In this document: positions 17,328-27,932 of the stretch, piece by piece | Layout of the letters: each line of letters begins with the position of its first letter | Numbering within the stretch: the first letter of the stretch is position 1 | Source: Chitinophagales bacterium | GTDB taxonomy: Bacteria; Bacteroidota; Bacteroidia; Chitinophagales; LD1 | Length of the DNA: 64,000 bases | NCBI GenBank assembly: GCA_044228065.1 | Contig: JBGAVP010000014.1 | Span: 23,308-87,307 of the forward strand | Direction of reading: 5' to 3' | Translations under genes and position numbers: made by a program | The notes under the pieces: model-generated | Told to the model about the DNA's origin: nothing | The model's input: only the letters and a program-made list of their open reading frames with translations | Databases searched by the model: none

Positions 17328-18770
17328 ATGAGCAAAGAAATAATGACAGTAGATTTGCACTGCCATCCAAATCTAAAATCTTTCAATTCAGGACATCCGC
17401 TTCCTAAATATGGTATGTGGGAGAATATCCATCACAATATTGATAGCAAATTTGCGAAAACAATTAGCGAACAATCGGCACATGTTTTAAAGGAATCGCA
17501 AACCAATCTGTATGCCCTAGCAGAGGGAAATGTGCGCATTTTTAATGTATCGCTGTACCCCATCGAAAGAGGATTTCTGCACCTAAGAAACATCCCAAAA
17601 GCCTTGATAGGAAAAAACAAAATCAATATTCTTCAAGAAGTAATTACAGGTTTTGATATTGAGCGTATTGTTCATTTAAAAAAGTACGATGATTATTTCC
17701 AAGACCTACAAGATGAGTATGCCTTTATAGAAAAAGCACAAGGGAAAAGCCCGGATGGAAAATATGAATTTGTATTGGTAAATAATTATGCAGAATTAGA
17801 AGCTGCACTAAAAATGAAAAACACACTCATAGGGATTGTAAGCATAGAAGGAGGACACGCCTTAGGAACTGGTAGGGAAACTACCGAATCGCTTTCTACC
17901 GAAAAATTATTAGAGCTGGTGACGGAAAGAATATCCATCATCAAGAAATGGAAAAATCCACCGCTTACCATAAATCTTGCTCACCATTTTTGGAATCAAC
18001 TCTGTGGACATGCCACCAGCTTTAAAGCGCCAATTAATAGTATTGTAAATCAAAACAAGGGAAAAAATAAAGGTATTACAGAAGCAGGCTGGCAGGTAAT
18101 ACGACAATTACTAAGCAGAGAAAATGGGAAGCGAATTCTGATAGATACAAAACACATGAGCATAGCTGCACGCAAGGAATACTATGACTTTATAGCCAAT
18201 TATAATTTCTTAAATCCACAAGATATTATTCCTATTATCAGTAGTCATGCAGGCGTAAACGGCATTCAAACCATGGAGGGCTCTATACGCGAAAATGACT
18301 TACCACGAAAAGCAAGATGGCAGCGTTTTTTTAAATGGAGTATTAATTTATCGAATGAAGAAGTCCGCATTATTCATCAGTCCAAAGGCTTGATAGGAAT
18401 TATGATGGATAGAGGAATGTTAGGTGGTTTAAAAGCGATTAAAAAAATTGTAGAAATAGAAGACACACACAAAAAGCGACTAGAATATTGCAAACTTTTT
18501 TGGGATAATGCCTTTCAAATTGCAAAAGCTGTTAAAGAAAAATCTGCTTGGGATGTAGTGGCACTAGGAACCGATTTTGATGGAACTATTACCCATATGG
18601 AACCCTATCATTCCTCCGCTAAAATTCCTGATTTGCAAAAAGATTTGATAGCCTATTTAGAAAAAACGAACTACCAAAAAGATTTGTGGTATGACTATAC
18701 ACCGGAGCAATTGGTAGAAAAAATTATGCATCAGAATGCGTTGGACTTTTACAAAAAATTCTTTGTATAA
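17328..18770 (+). CDS. membrane dipeptidase (peptidase M19)-like metallohydrolase
   Basis: Ordered motif series VDLHCH, SIEGGHAL, NLAHHF, IDTKHMS, ISSHAG, LGTDFDG resembles the M19 amidohydrolase-fold metal ligands. Assignment is by eye only. Confidence 0.55.
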   Translation: MSKEIMTVDLHCHPNLKSFNSGHPLPKYGMWENIHHNIDSKFAKTISEQSAHVLKESQTNLYALAEGNVRIFNVSLYPIERGFLHLRNIPKALIGKNKINILQEVITGFDIERIVHLKKYDDYFQDLQDEYAFIEKAQGKSPDGKYEFVLVNNYAELEAALKMKNTLIGIVSIEGGHALGTGRETTESLSTEKLLELVTERISIIKKWKNPPLTINLAHHFWNQLCGHATSFKAPINSIVNQNKGKNKGITEAGWQVIRQLLSRENGKRILIDTKHMSIAARKEYYDFIANYNFLNPQDIIPIISSHAGVNGIQTMEGSIRENDLPRKARWQRFFKWSINLSNEEVRIIHQSKGLIGIMMDRGMLGGLKAIKKIVEIEDTHKKRLEYCKLFWDNAFQIAKAVKEKSAWDVVALGTDFDGTITHMEPYHSSAKIPDLQKDLIAYLEKTNYQKDLWYDYTPEQLVEKIMHQNALDFYKKFFV

Positions 18771-18823
18771 AACTCAAAGCATTTCTTTTTGAAGATTAGC
18801 CTTAGATTTTTACATTCGCAGCA

Positions 18824-19864
18824 ATGAATTTGTACCCTCTCGTAAAACCATTCCTTTTTCAATTAGATGCAGAAAAGGCGCACCATTTAACTATAGCTGC
18901 GCTTAAAAATCCGATCCTTAATCAGTTTGCAAAAGCAGATACAGTTGAGCATCCTATTTTACATAAATCCATTTTTGGATTAGACTTTCCAAATCCTGTA
19001 GGGCTGGCTGCTGGCTTAGATAAAAATGCAGAAGTGACCGATGCCTTTGCAGCAATGGGTTTTGGGTTTATAGAGATAGGAACTATTACCCCTAAACCAC
19101 AAGAAGGGAATCCCAAACCAAGGCTATTTAGACTAAAAGAAGATGCTGCTCTCATCAACCGAATGGGATTTAATAATGTGGGAGCACTGCAAGCAGCTAA
19201 AAATTTAGCCAACAGAAAAAGTAACATTATAGTTGGAGGCAACATAGGTAAAAACAAGATTACACCCAATGAAGAAGCGGCTCAAGATTATAAGATTTGC
19301 TTCAATACACTGTTTGATGTAGTAGATTATTTTGTAGTAAATGTAAGTTCACCCAATACTCCTGGCCTGAGAGCACTACAAGATAAAGATTCATTAGGGC
19401 TCATTTTAAATCAGCTACAAGACATTAACCAAGGGAAAGCAAAACCTAAACCGATATTACTCAAAATAGCGCCAGACTTAGATCGGGAACAACTCAACGA
19501 TATCATTGAAATTTTTTACGAAACCAAAATTGCCGGATTGATAGCGACTAACACGACCATAGCTCGCGAAAAATTGCCGCATTATCTTCCTTCCGAAATC
19601 GAAGCCTATGGCGCTGGTGGATTGAGCGGAAAACCCCTTACAGAAAAATCTACGGATGTAATTCAATACATTTCTTCTCAGTCTAAAAACCAGATACCTA
19701 TAATAGGGGTAGGCGGAATTATGACTGCCGATGATGCCGTAAACAAATTCAAAGCAGGAGCTAGTTTAATACAATTATACTCTGGCTTTATTTATAGCGG
19801 ACCTGCTTTAGTACAAGCCATTAATCAACGAGTAATTTTTGAGGCAAAGCGTAAGCAAAAATAA
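18824..19864 (+). CDS. pyrD: dihydroorotate dehydrogenase (quinone), class 2
   Basis: N-terminus LYPLVKPFLFQLDAEKAHH, then GLAAGLDKN, NRMGFNN, VNVSSPNTPGLR, GVGGI. Confidence 0.93.
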   Translation: MNLYPLVKPFLFQLDAEKAHHLTIAALKNPILNQFAKADTVEHPILHKSIFGLDFPNPVGLAAGLDKNAEVTDAFAAMGFGFIEIGTITPKPQEGNPKPRLFRLKEDAALINRMGFNNVGALQAAKNLANRKSNIIVGGNIGKNKITPNEEAAQDYKICFNTLFDVVDYFVVNVSSPNTPGLRALQDKDSLGLILNQLQDINQGKAKPKPILLKIAPDLDREQLNDIIEIFYETKIAGLIATNTTIAREKLPHYLPSEIEAYGAGGLSGKPLTEKSTDVIQYISSQSKNQIPIIGVGGIMTADDAVNKFKAGASLIQLYSGFIYSGPALVQAINQRVIFEAKRKQK

Positions 19865-19938
19865 GCTGTTTAACGAATCCTATCATTTCACAATCTTTCA
19901 CCAAAAATCAGGTATTTACAATTATATTTGCACCCACT

Positions 19939-20352
19939 ATGAAAAAACTAACTATTGTTTTAGTGGCATTTATAACCCTAGCCACTATTACCTCTTGCAG
20001 AAAAAAAGGAATACCCAATGCAGGCCTACCAGCATCCATTCTAAAGGATACCACTTCCATCGAATTTGCAGAAACGGAATTCAATTTTGGGAAGATTAAA
20101 CAAGGCGAAAAAGTGACGCACATTTTTAAATTCAAAAATGCAGGGCAACACGATTTAATTATAGCTAATGCATTTGGGTCGTGTGGTTGCACCGTTCCAG
20201 AATACCCGAAAGAGCCTCTAAAACCAGGTGCGGAGGGAGAGATAAAAGTAACCTTTAACTCGGAAGGGAAACAAGGCGAAATGCACAAAAATGTAACCCT
20301 TCAAGCCAATACCGTAACCCATAGCGATCAACTTTTCCTAAACGGTGAGTAG
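19939..20352 (+). CDS. DUF1573 domain lipoprotein
   Basis: Lipobox ITSC. FGKIKQGEKVTHIFKFKNAGQHDLIIANAFGSCGCTVPEYPKEPLKPGAEGEIKVTF matches the DUF1573 pattern. Confidence 0.85.
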   Translation: MKKLTIVLVAFITLATITSCRKKGIPNAGLPASILKDTTSIEFAETEFNFGKIKQGEKVTHIFKFKNAGQHDLIIANAFGSCGCTVPEYPKEPLKPGAEGEIKVTFNSEGKQGEMHKNVTLQANTVTHSDQLFLNGE

Positions 20353-20407
20353 AAGTACCTGAAGAAAAATAAATAAAACATTCCACTTAACCCCCTAAAA
20401 CAAATCC

Positions 20408-20698
20408 ATGAAACCAGAAATTATGCTCTTATTTTACGGAGCTATCTTTGCCGTATTTTATTTCTTTTTTATTCGCCCACAATCGCAAAAAGCGAAAGAA
20501 GCTAAGAAGTTTTTAGAAGAAATTAAGAAAGGCGATAAAGTAGTCACCACTAATGGTATACACGGTATTATTGATAAAATAGACGACACCACCTTTTTAG
20601 TAGAAGTAGATAAAGGAGTGAAAATTCGTATAGAAAAATCGGGGATTTCGGCTGATATAACGAAGGCTATCAATAGTTCTGAGGACACAAAATCATAA
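20408..20698 (+). CDS. yajC: preprotein translocase subunit YajC
   Basis: Single N-terminal TM, then RPQSQKAKEAKKFLEEIKKGDKVVTTNGIHGII. 96 aa. Confidence 0.88.
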   Translation: MKPEIMLLFYGAIFAVFYFFFIRPQSQKAKEAKKFLEEIKKGDKVVTTNGIHGIIDKIDDTTFLVEVDKGVKIRIEKSGISADITKAINSSEDTKS

Positions 20699-20725
20699 TT
20701 CGCTATTGTATTATCCAATAAGTTT

Positions 20726-20752
20726 AAAAGGCACAGAATGGTGCCTTTTTTT
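20726..20752 (+). terminator. rho-independent terminator after yajC
   Basis: GGCAC-AGAATG-GTGCC followed by TTTTTTT. Confidence 0.6.
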
Positions 20753-20765
20753 ATAATAATAAACT

Positions 20766-21362
20766 ATGCTACAAGTAGGAATAACAGGCGGAATAGGCAG
20801 TGGAAAAACCACGGTTTGCCAAATATTTGAACGGATGGGAGTGCCGGTGTACTATGCCGATGTACGGGCTAAAGAATTAATGGAAACAGATAAGAATCTG
20901 GTAGTATCCATTCAAAATGAATTTGGGAATGAGGTGTACGATGCCGAAGGAAATTTAAACCGAAAATTGCTGGCGGAAATTGTTTTTGGCAATGAAGAAA
21001 AATTACTGAAGTTAAATAGTCTGGTACATCCTGTAGTATTTAAGGATAATGAATCGTGGAATCAGGTACTGGCAAACAAGGGCTACCCTTATACCTTAAA
21101 AGAGGCGGCTCTTTTGGTAGAAACTGGCTCCTACAAAACCTTAGATAAACTAATAGTAGTAACGGCACCACTTCAAGACCGCATAGCCCGTGTAATGGCT
21201 CGTGATGCTGCTACTTATGACCAAGTAACCGCAAGAATAAAAGCACAATTACCTGAGGAAGAGAAAGTAAAATTAGCGGACTATGTAATAGATAATAACC
21301 AAATAATGGATTTGGTACCTCAGGTGACTAAAATTCATGTAGATTTAATGAATCTGAATTAA
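20766..21362 (+). CDS. coaE: dephospho-CoA kinase
   Basis: P-loop GITGGIGSGKTTV. 198 aa. Typical CoaE layout. Confidence 0.9.
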   Translation: MLQVGITGGIGSGKTTVCQIFERMGVPVYYADVRAKELMETDKNLVVSIQNEFGNEVYDAEGNLNRKLLAEIVFGNEEKLLKLNSLVHPVVFKDNESWNQVLANKGYPYTLKEAALLVETGSYKTLDKLIVVTAPLQDRIARVMARDAATYDQVTARIKAQLPEEEKVKLADYVIDNNQIMDLVPQVTKIHVDLMNLN

Positions 21363-21371
21363 AAAATAGAA

Positions 21372-22496
21372 ATGCTCAAAATAGGAATACTAGGAGGTGG
21401 ACAATTAGGAAGAATGCTTTTACAAACGGCAGCAAATTATCCTGTGGAAACCTATGTGCTGGAAAGCGGAGAAACGGCACCTGCATCATCGCTTTGCCAT
21501 TGTTATGTAAATGGCAATATCAGAGATTTTGATGAAGTCTATGCCTTTGGAAAAAGAGTGGATGTACTCACCATAGAAATTGAAAATGTAAACCTACAAG
21601 CACTCTTTCAATTAGAAAAAGAAGGAGTGAAAATTTACCCAAAACCAGCCGCCTTACAAATCATAAAAGACAAAGGGTTACAAAAGGAATTTTACAAAAA
21701 GCACCACATCCCTACTGCCGATTTCCATTTAATGGAAAAGAAATACGAGCTACATAATTATCTTACCCAATTACCTTTAGCACAAAAACTAAGACAAGGT
21801 GGCTATGATGGTAAAGGGGTAGAACTGCTTCGCGATGAACTTGATTTTGCACGTGCTTTTGATGAACCTTGTGTACTCGAAAAGCTAGTAGATATTAATA
21901 AAGAAATCTCTGTCATAGTAGCTCAAAACAGCAGCGGAGAAACCACCGTATATCCACCCACCGAAATGGTTTTTGACCCTGTCTACAATTTAGTAGATTA
22001 CCTCTTCTCTCCTGCCGAATTATCTGCCGAGCAAGCACTGGCTGCACAAAAAATAGCATTGGATGTGGTAAAGGCTTTGGATAGCCCCGGCATTTTTGCA
22101 GTAGAATTATTTCTAGACAAAAGTGGGCAACTACTGGTGAACGAAACCGCTCCCAGAGCGCACAACAGCGGCCACCAGACTATTGAAGGAAATTACTCTT
22201 CTCAATACGATATGCAAATGCGCATTCTCCAAAATCTACCCTTAGGCAATACTGAAATCATTAAACCATCACTAATGCTTAATTTGATAGGGGAAGCTGG
22301 ATTTTCAGGACCTGTACAATACAAAGGATTAGAGGAAGTTTTAAAAACAAAAGGAGTATTTGTTCACCTTTATGGCAAGCAAGAAACAAAGCCTGGCCGA
22401 AAGATGGGACATGTAACCCTGCTAGGAGAAAACAAAACTGAACTAATAACCAAAGCTAACCTAGTAAAGGAAACATTAAAGGTGATAAGTATTTAA
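21372..22496 (+). CDS. purK: 5-(carboxyamino)imidazole ribonucleotide synthase
   Basis: N-terminus IGILGGGQLGRML, ATP-grasp core, ETAPRAHNSGH, GRKMGHVT. Confidence 0.92.
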   Translation: MLKIGILGGGQLGRMLLQTAANYPVETYVLESGETAPASSLCHCYVNGNIRDFDEVYAFGKRVDVLTIEIENVNLQALFQLEKEGVKIYPKPAALQIIKDKGLQKEFYKKHHIPTADFHLMEKKYELHNYLTQLPLAQKLRQGGYDGKGVELLRDELDFARAFDEPCVLEKLVDINKEISVIVAQNSSGETTVYPPTEMVFDPVYNLVDYLFSPAELSAEQALAAQKIALDVVKALDSPGIFAVELFLDKSGQLLVNETAPRAHNSGHQTIEGNYSSQYDMQMRILQNLPLGNTEIIKPSLMLNLIGEAGFSGPVQYKGLEEVLKTKGVFVHLYGKQETKPGRKMGHVTLLGENKTELITKANLVKETLKVISI

Positions 22497-22521
22497 AATT
22501 CATTCTATCTCAAAACTACAT

Positions 22522-22556
22522 AAAAAAAGTCCCGCCTTTTGAGCGGGACTTTTTTA
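22522..22556. terminator. bidirectional hairpin terminator between convergent purK and the BNR-repeat gene
   Basis: A7-AGTCCCGC-CTTTTGA-GCGGGACT-T5. Confidence 0.65.
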
Positions 22557-22573
22557 CAAAGTAATTAGATAGA

Positions 22574-25165
22574 TTATCTTTCTAAAACAACTTTTCTCAA
22601 TACACTACGTCCTTCTGTTTCTAATTTTAAGAAGTAAACACCATTTGTGAATTCTTGTAAGTCTAACTTAATTACATCGTCACCATTAATGCTGTAATTG
22701 TTAGTCATTAAAGTCTGACCTGTAATGTTAGTTAAGGTAATTTTTGCATCAGCCGAAATTCCCTTTAAGTAAACATTCAATTCACCTTTCGATGGTATAG
22801 GTCCTACTGTAACTGAACTTTCATCCAATAATCCGTTAATTCCAGTTCCCCATACATCAATAGAAACTGATTTACAAAACTTCTTAATAGCCTTATTAAA
22901 AGGAGCAGCATTAAAAATATTAGATGCTTCTAAACATACATTAAGAGTAGTGTCTTTATTGAAACTAAGGGTTGGACTTTTTGAAGTATAAGTTTGAGTC
23001 AAAGGAGAGAAAGTCCATTTCCAAGCGGTAGGTACATAAAGAGAAGAATCTATGAATTGGAATGACTTAGAAGTTTTACGCAATACTCCAAAATTTGGAG
23101 TAGGCTCCAATCCTAATATAACTTTACGAGTTGCAGTAGTTTGGTTGTTAGCTGCATCTTTTACAGTCCATGTAGCAGTATATTGTCCAATCTTAGAAGA
23201 ATCTACATTACTGCTGTAAAGTGGTGTAGGAATAGCAGCACACAAATTATCATCAGAGTAAGTGATACCTTTTTCTATGTATGAAGTATTTTGATAAACA
23301 TAAGCAGTATCACCACCATTTAAAGATACTGTAGGTGCAGTTATATCATTGGTAATAACATGTATTACAAAAGTAATGGTATCAAAACTATAGTACGTAA
23401 GAGGATTTGCAGGATTTCCGTTTCCATCTAAATATGGTTGTTTTGCAGAAATATTTCCAGAAGCGTCTTCCGCCCAAACATTCAAATTATAATAACCAGC
23501 AACAGCAGTATTCAAATTGGTTGAATAGCGCACCATATTAGAATCAGCTCCAGTTGAATTATCGAAAAGTGAAATGTATTTTGACAAGATAGTTCCCTTA
23601 GAAAGATCTAAAGCACAGTTTAAATAAGTAGTAATAGTATCTGTCAACAAATCATCATTGTAAGTTAACTCAGGCTTTGTAATATCTACTGGAGTAGCAA
23701 TTACATTCGTATCTACTTGAGCATATATAATACTGTTATTTACAAAAGCACTACTTCCTTCTGTTACATTTGTTCCTGAAGCACCTACCGCAGTCCCGTA
23801 ATTTACATCTTGTTGAAACAATACATGTACAGAACCATCTACAGTTTTAGCTATAGACGCAAAATAGTCCTCCAAAGTATCATTATTCGTTAAGTTGTAA
23901 GGACCTACCCAAGTTTTACCATTATCATTTGATTTGATTAAATAAACATCATCTAAATCAAAACCACTCTTATCTCTATTAGTAACATTAGCCGCAATAG
24001 AATCGTTATCTACACGTAATTTAGAGAATGTAGCGAATACAGTTCCATTATCAGCTACCGCTATAGAAGGACTAGAGATTAAGTTATTTCCGTATCCTTG
24101 AAACTTAACATTTCCTCCCTTTCTATTCAAGTTATAGAAAGGTACTGGCCATTTATTCTTCGAAGATTCATTGGTTAACAAAGATGCTGGAATAACAATA
24201 GGAGCTTGTCCTACCATATATTCATCCCAATACATAATTCCGTTTTTAAGAAAACTGTAATAAACACCAGGAGTAGCTTGTGTAGCATCGTATGAATTAT
24301 TACTTCTTCCAAACATTACATGGCATTTACCATTTTTATCGAAAGCTACAGTAGAAGCACGATCCGATCTATCTTTAGTAACTAATGAAGTTTGGTCTAA
24401 ATTGTTTTCTGCTATAATAGCTGTTTTAGTCCAAGTATTACCAAAATCTGAAGATTTCAAAAGGGTTACATCATATTCTCCCATTACGATAGCAATGTTC
24501 TTACCTTGAATATCGATAGAATAATCATCCCCATTTATAGCAGTATAGAAATTAGTATTGATTCCAGGAATAGTATCTTCTGTAGTCCAAGTAATACCAC
24601 CATCATAAGAACGAACCATACCTAAACCGCCAGTTATACCATTAATAGTTCCACCAGATGAAGAGTAAATAACTAAAATAGAATCGCCTGCATTTACAGC
24701 TCTTGCCCATGTTTCAGCATTTGGAGTTACGTCATAAGTAGTCCAAGGTCCTGTTCCTGCAGCGGTTCTGTAAATATCTTTTAACCCATAGCTGCTCGCA
24801 GCATCTACTGAATGCGATACAACTAACTCTTTATTTCCATTCAAAAGAAGTGGATTTGGCCAACCTGTACGATTAGATTCTGGTCGAGTAAACGTAGTAG
24901 GGAAAGGGAAAGAAGTCACATTCCAACTAGTTCCGTTAAAATAATTATATCCTGTACCACGGTCAACAGCATTTACATCCTTTGTTTGACTTTCCGTAAA
25001 AGTAATTATTTTCTTACCTGTTGGCGTAACAATAATTCTTCGAGCAGAAGAACCGTTTGATTGCAAATCATAAGTAGTACTACCTACTTGTGTAAATGTA
25101 ACCTGTGCCGAAGAATTCAACACCGATCCACCTAGCAATAGACTTAAGAATAAAAGTTTTTTCAT
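22574..25165 (-). CDS. BNR/Asp-box repeat (sialidase-fold-like) secreted protein with a T9SS type A C-terminal sorting domain
   Basis: Asp-boxes SYDGGITW, SSDFGNTW, SNDNGKTW. Signal peptide. C-terminal NGVYFLKLETEGRSVLRKVVLER tail. Confidence 0.8.
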   Translation of the reverse strand: MKKLLFLSLLLGGSVLNSSAQVTFTQVGSTTYDLQSNGSSARRIIVTPTGKKIITFTESQTKDVNAVDRGTGYNYFNGTSWNVTSFPFPTTFTRPESNRTGWPNPLLLNGNKELVVSHSVDAASSYGLKDIYRTAAGTGPWTTYDVTPNAETWARAVNAGDSILVIYSSSGGTINGITGGLGMVRSYDGGITWTTEDTIPGINTNFYTAINGDDYSIDIQGKNIAIVMGEYDVTLLKSSDFGNTWTKTAIIAENNLDQTSLVTKDRSDRASTVAFDKNGKCHVMFGRSNNSYDATQATPGVYYSFLKNGIMYWDEYMVGQAPIVIPASLLTNESSKNKWPVPFYNLNRKGGNVKFQGYGNNLISSPSIAVADNGTVFATFSKLRVDNDSIAANVTNRDKSGFDLDDVYLIKSNDNGKTWVGPYNLTNNDTLEDYFASIAKTVDGSVHVLFQQDVNYGTAVGASGTNVTEGSSAFVNNSIIYAQVDTNVIATPVDITKPELTYNDDLLTDTITTYLNCALDLSKGTILSKYISLFDNSTGADSNMVRYSTNLNTAVAGYYNLNVWAEDASGNISAKQPYLDGNGNPANPLTYYSFDTITFVIHVITNDITAPTVSLNGGDTAYVYQNTSYIEKGITYSDDNLCAAIPTPLYSSNVDSSKIGQYTATWTVKDAANNQTTATRKVILGLEPTPNFGVLRKTSKSFQFIDSSLYVPTAWKWTFSPLTQTYTSKSPTLSFNKDTTLNVCLEASNIFNAAPFNKAIKKFCKSVSIDVWGTGINGLLDESSVTVGPIPSKGELNVYLKGISADAKITLTNITGQTLMTNNYSINGDDVIKLDLQEFTNGVYFLKLETEGRSVLRKVVLER

Positions 25166-25290
25166 GTTTGGTATAATTGTTTTAAAAAAATTAAGATTTC
25201 AAAAGTATATAAAAAGTGTGTTAAAACAGATAGAATCCTCAAAAATACTTTGTCAGAATATTGTCAGAAAATTAAAATTTCAATAAGAAA

Positions 25291-27180
25291 TTATTTTTTC
25301 GAGCTTTTTTGACGTTGTTCTGCCTGCTTTTGTATCTCCTCTAGTTTCTTTTGCCAGCTAGACTTTGCCTTGGGATTCTTCTTATTCTCTTCTATCTTTT
25401 TATGAAGAGCAGCCTCATCTATAAAGAATTTCTGAATCACCCATTGCTGTGCAATAGAAAATACGTTTTGCAATAAATAGTAATAAGTAAGTGCCGCAGG
25501 GAAACTGTTAAACATAAACATGAGCATTACAGGCATAATGTACGGCATGTACTGCATCCCCGGCTGTGTATTGGTCATGCCACTTTGTGCCTGATTGTAC
25601 ACCGCAAATAAAACGGAAGTGATGGTCATTAAAACGGTAAACAAACTGATGTGATCTCCTATTAATGGCAACGCTGTTTTAAAAGTCATAATAGCATCAT
25701 AACTAGTTAAATCGGTAGCCCATAAAAATGGCTGCTGACGTAACTCAATAGACGTAGGGAAAAAATAATACATACTCATTAAAATAGGCATTTGAAGTAA
25801 CATAGGCAGACATCCCCCAAAAGGGCTCACCCCTGCTTTATTATAAATCTTCATTTGCTCAGTACCTATCTTCTGTTGGTCATCTCCATACTTTTCTTTC
25901 AATGCATCTATCTCTGGTTTCAACACCTTCATGTAAGCCCCCGATTTAATGGCTTTCCAAGTAAGAGGCGTTAATACCAACTTTAATAAAAGCGTCAGCA
26001 CTAAAATGATAATACCATAGTTCATACCTACTTTATCAAGAATATTAAACGTAGGAATGATAAACCATTTGGTAATGTATTTTATCCAGCTAAATACAAA
26101 ATTATCAGGACTCAACTTAATGATACTCTCAAAATCAGAAGAGGTAGCATTTAGAGTATTGTAGTGATTAGGACCAAAGTAGTAAGTAAAATTATAAGAA
26201 GATTTCTCTGCACTTTGATACGGAAGTGTAAAATTAGCTTTGTATTTTTTTACATAGTTTACATCTGTTTTTGTAAAGTCAGCCTTTATACTTCCACTTT
26301 TAAATTGAGCCGTTTTACTAAAAAGAGTAGCATTAAAAAACTGTTGCTTAAAAGAAATCCACTCCACAGGCGTAGTAAAAGTGGCTTCCTGAGCAGGTTT
26401 GTCTTCATCTAAGTGTGCTACCTCGCTATTTTGATATTTGTAATAAAGCGCAGAATACTTTCGCTCTGTCTCTACCGAATGCTCTAAATTCAGAAGTGTG
26501 TTATTCCAATTTACACCTATAAAAGTACTATTAGCAGGTATTACAGAATTCAAACCATTCAAATTCAAATCGTATCCTACTATATAAGAGTCTCCTTTTA
26601 GCGAATACTTTTGTTCAAAATAGCTGTCATCATTGGCTTTCAAGCGAAAAGAAATAGACTTCTCCTCTCCTGCTTTTACACTAAAAGATTCTCCCACTGG
26701 TTCAAAATAACAGTCATTAGTATTTATGATTTTGTTGCCATTCAAAGCAAACTGATAGCTTAACTCATTACTCTTATCCGTAAAAAGAATCAACGGCTTT
26801 TTATCCCAAGTTTTGTATTTCTTAAGTTCTACCGATTTAATTTTACCACCCTTCGTAGAAAGCGTAACTTTTTGCAATTCATTTTCAATTACAAACTCCT
26901 TATCCTCACCTTTAGCAGCATTTGCAAATACTCCAAACTGAGATTCTAAGGCTGCGCTATCTTTAGGCACTTCTAGTTCAGAGGTAGCTACACTAGTGGT
27001 GGCAATGCCATCTGCAGGCTTTAAAGTTGTGGAGGAAGCATCTAACTTAGCTAAAGAGTCCTTAATTTCTGTAGGTGTTTGATTGCTTTGGGGTTTCTCA
27101 TTTTTACTTTGAAAGTAAAACATTCCGAAAAGCAACAATCCTATTAATACGGATCCAATCAGTGTATTCTTATTTTCCAT
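25291..27180 (-). CDS. yidC: membrane protein insertase YidC
   Basis: Large periplasmic P1 domain after TM1. Conserved core GCLPMLLQMPILMSMYYFF. Basic C-terminal tail. Confidence 0.93.
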   Translation of the reverse strand: MENKNTLIGSVLIGLLLFGMFYFQSKNEKPQSNQTPTEIKDSLAKLDASSTTLKPADGIATTSVATSELEVPKDSAALESQFGVFANAAKGEDKEFVIENELQKVTLSTKGGKIKSVELKKYKTWDKKPLILFTDKSNELSYQFALNGNKIINTNDCYFEPVGESFSVKAGEEKSISFRLKANDDSYFEQKYSLKGDSYIVGYDLNLNGLNSVIPANSTFIGVNWNNTLLNLEHSVETERKYSALYYKYQNSEVAHLDEDKPAQEATFTTPVEWISFKQQFFNATLFSKTAQFKSGSIKADFTKTDVNYVKKYKANFTLPYQSAEKSSYNFTYYFGPNHYNTLNATSSDFESIIKLSPDNFVFSWIKYITKWFIIPTFNILDKVGMNYGIIILVLTLLLKLVLTPLTWKAIKSGAYMKVLKPEIDALKEKYGDDQQKIGTEQMKIYNKAGVSPFGGCLPMLLQMPILMSMYYFFPTSIELRQQPFLWATDLTSYDAIMTFKTALPLIGDHISLFTVLMTITSVLFAVYNQAQSGMTNTQPGMQYMPYIMPVMLMFMFNSFPAALTYYYLLQNVFSIAQQWVIQKFFIDEAALHKKIEENKKNPKAKSSWQKKLEEIQKQAEQRQKSSKK

Positions 27181-27193
27181 AGTATTTTGGTCT

Positions 27194-27201
27194 CAAAAAT
27201 A
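27194..27201 (-). promoter_or_regulatory. candidate -7 element TATTTTTG (TAnnTTTG) 13 nt upstream of the yidC start
   Basis: Exact consensus match on the minus strand. It implies a very short leader. Confidence 0.3.
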
Positions 27202-27592
27202 GAGGCGCAAACCTAAGGCATTTTATTTTAAAATTAGTGGATAAATTAGCAATTAAACGTGCTTGCACTACTTAAAACTACTCCTCGAATTCTTATTTCA
27301 TTTTTTCTAAATTAATTCCCTCTGAAATAAACGATATATCACATTACAAAGTAATTATCTACTGGTACTTTTCTTTTTATGACATAAAACGTGTGATTAA
27401 TTCTAAATCACTATCACTATTTACATATTAATCTCTGATTGAAGATAACCTTGTTAGGGTAAAATTCTTTTTCCATATTGTAAATATGAATTATGATATT
27501 ACTAATATTTTATTACGTAGATTAATACTGAAGTTGGTTTTAGTGGAAAAATTCATGTAGAAAAAAGATTCCAGCGATACTAGGAATGAAAA

Positions 27593-27931
27593 TCATTTTT
27601 TACCCAAAAACGAAGCACTCCATGCAGCCATTCCCCCTACTAATCCTCCAATGAATCCTGTAACAAAAATTAAAAGCGCATTGGGAGCATGAGAGAAAAG
27701 TACACCGATTTTATTTAATAAAATATGGTCATTGGCTTGATCTATTAAAATTGCTTTACCTATCCACAATAAAAAGATAGCCAGAAACCCACTCACAAAA
27801 GCCTTACCAGAAGGTAGTTTCAGTAGATAAGATACCACAAAACAAACTACACCAATACTCCACCAAGGAAAAAAACTTTGAGTGAAATAAGACAGCAAAG
27901 CCATTAAAATTATTGCTAAAATATTCTTCAT
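27593..27931 (-). CDS. small multi-pass membrane protein, unknown function
   Basis: 112 aa with about four hydrophobic helices. Its start lies 1 nt after the stop of the upstream acylase gene. Confidence 0.55.
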   Translation of the reverse strand: MKNILAIILMALLSYFTQSFFPWWSIGVVCFVVSYLLKLPSGKAFVSGFLAIFLLWIGKAILIDQANDHILLNKIGVLFSHAPNALLIFVTGFIGGLVGGMAAWSASFLGKK

Positions 27932-27932
27932 A

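Noticed and set aside
19839-20288. ORFs 19839..20099 (+) and 19908..20288 (-) overlapping the DUF1573 gene.
   Set aside because: The DUF1573 frame has a signal peptide and a family-typical motif. The overlapping frames have no features and poor composition.
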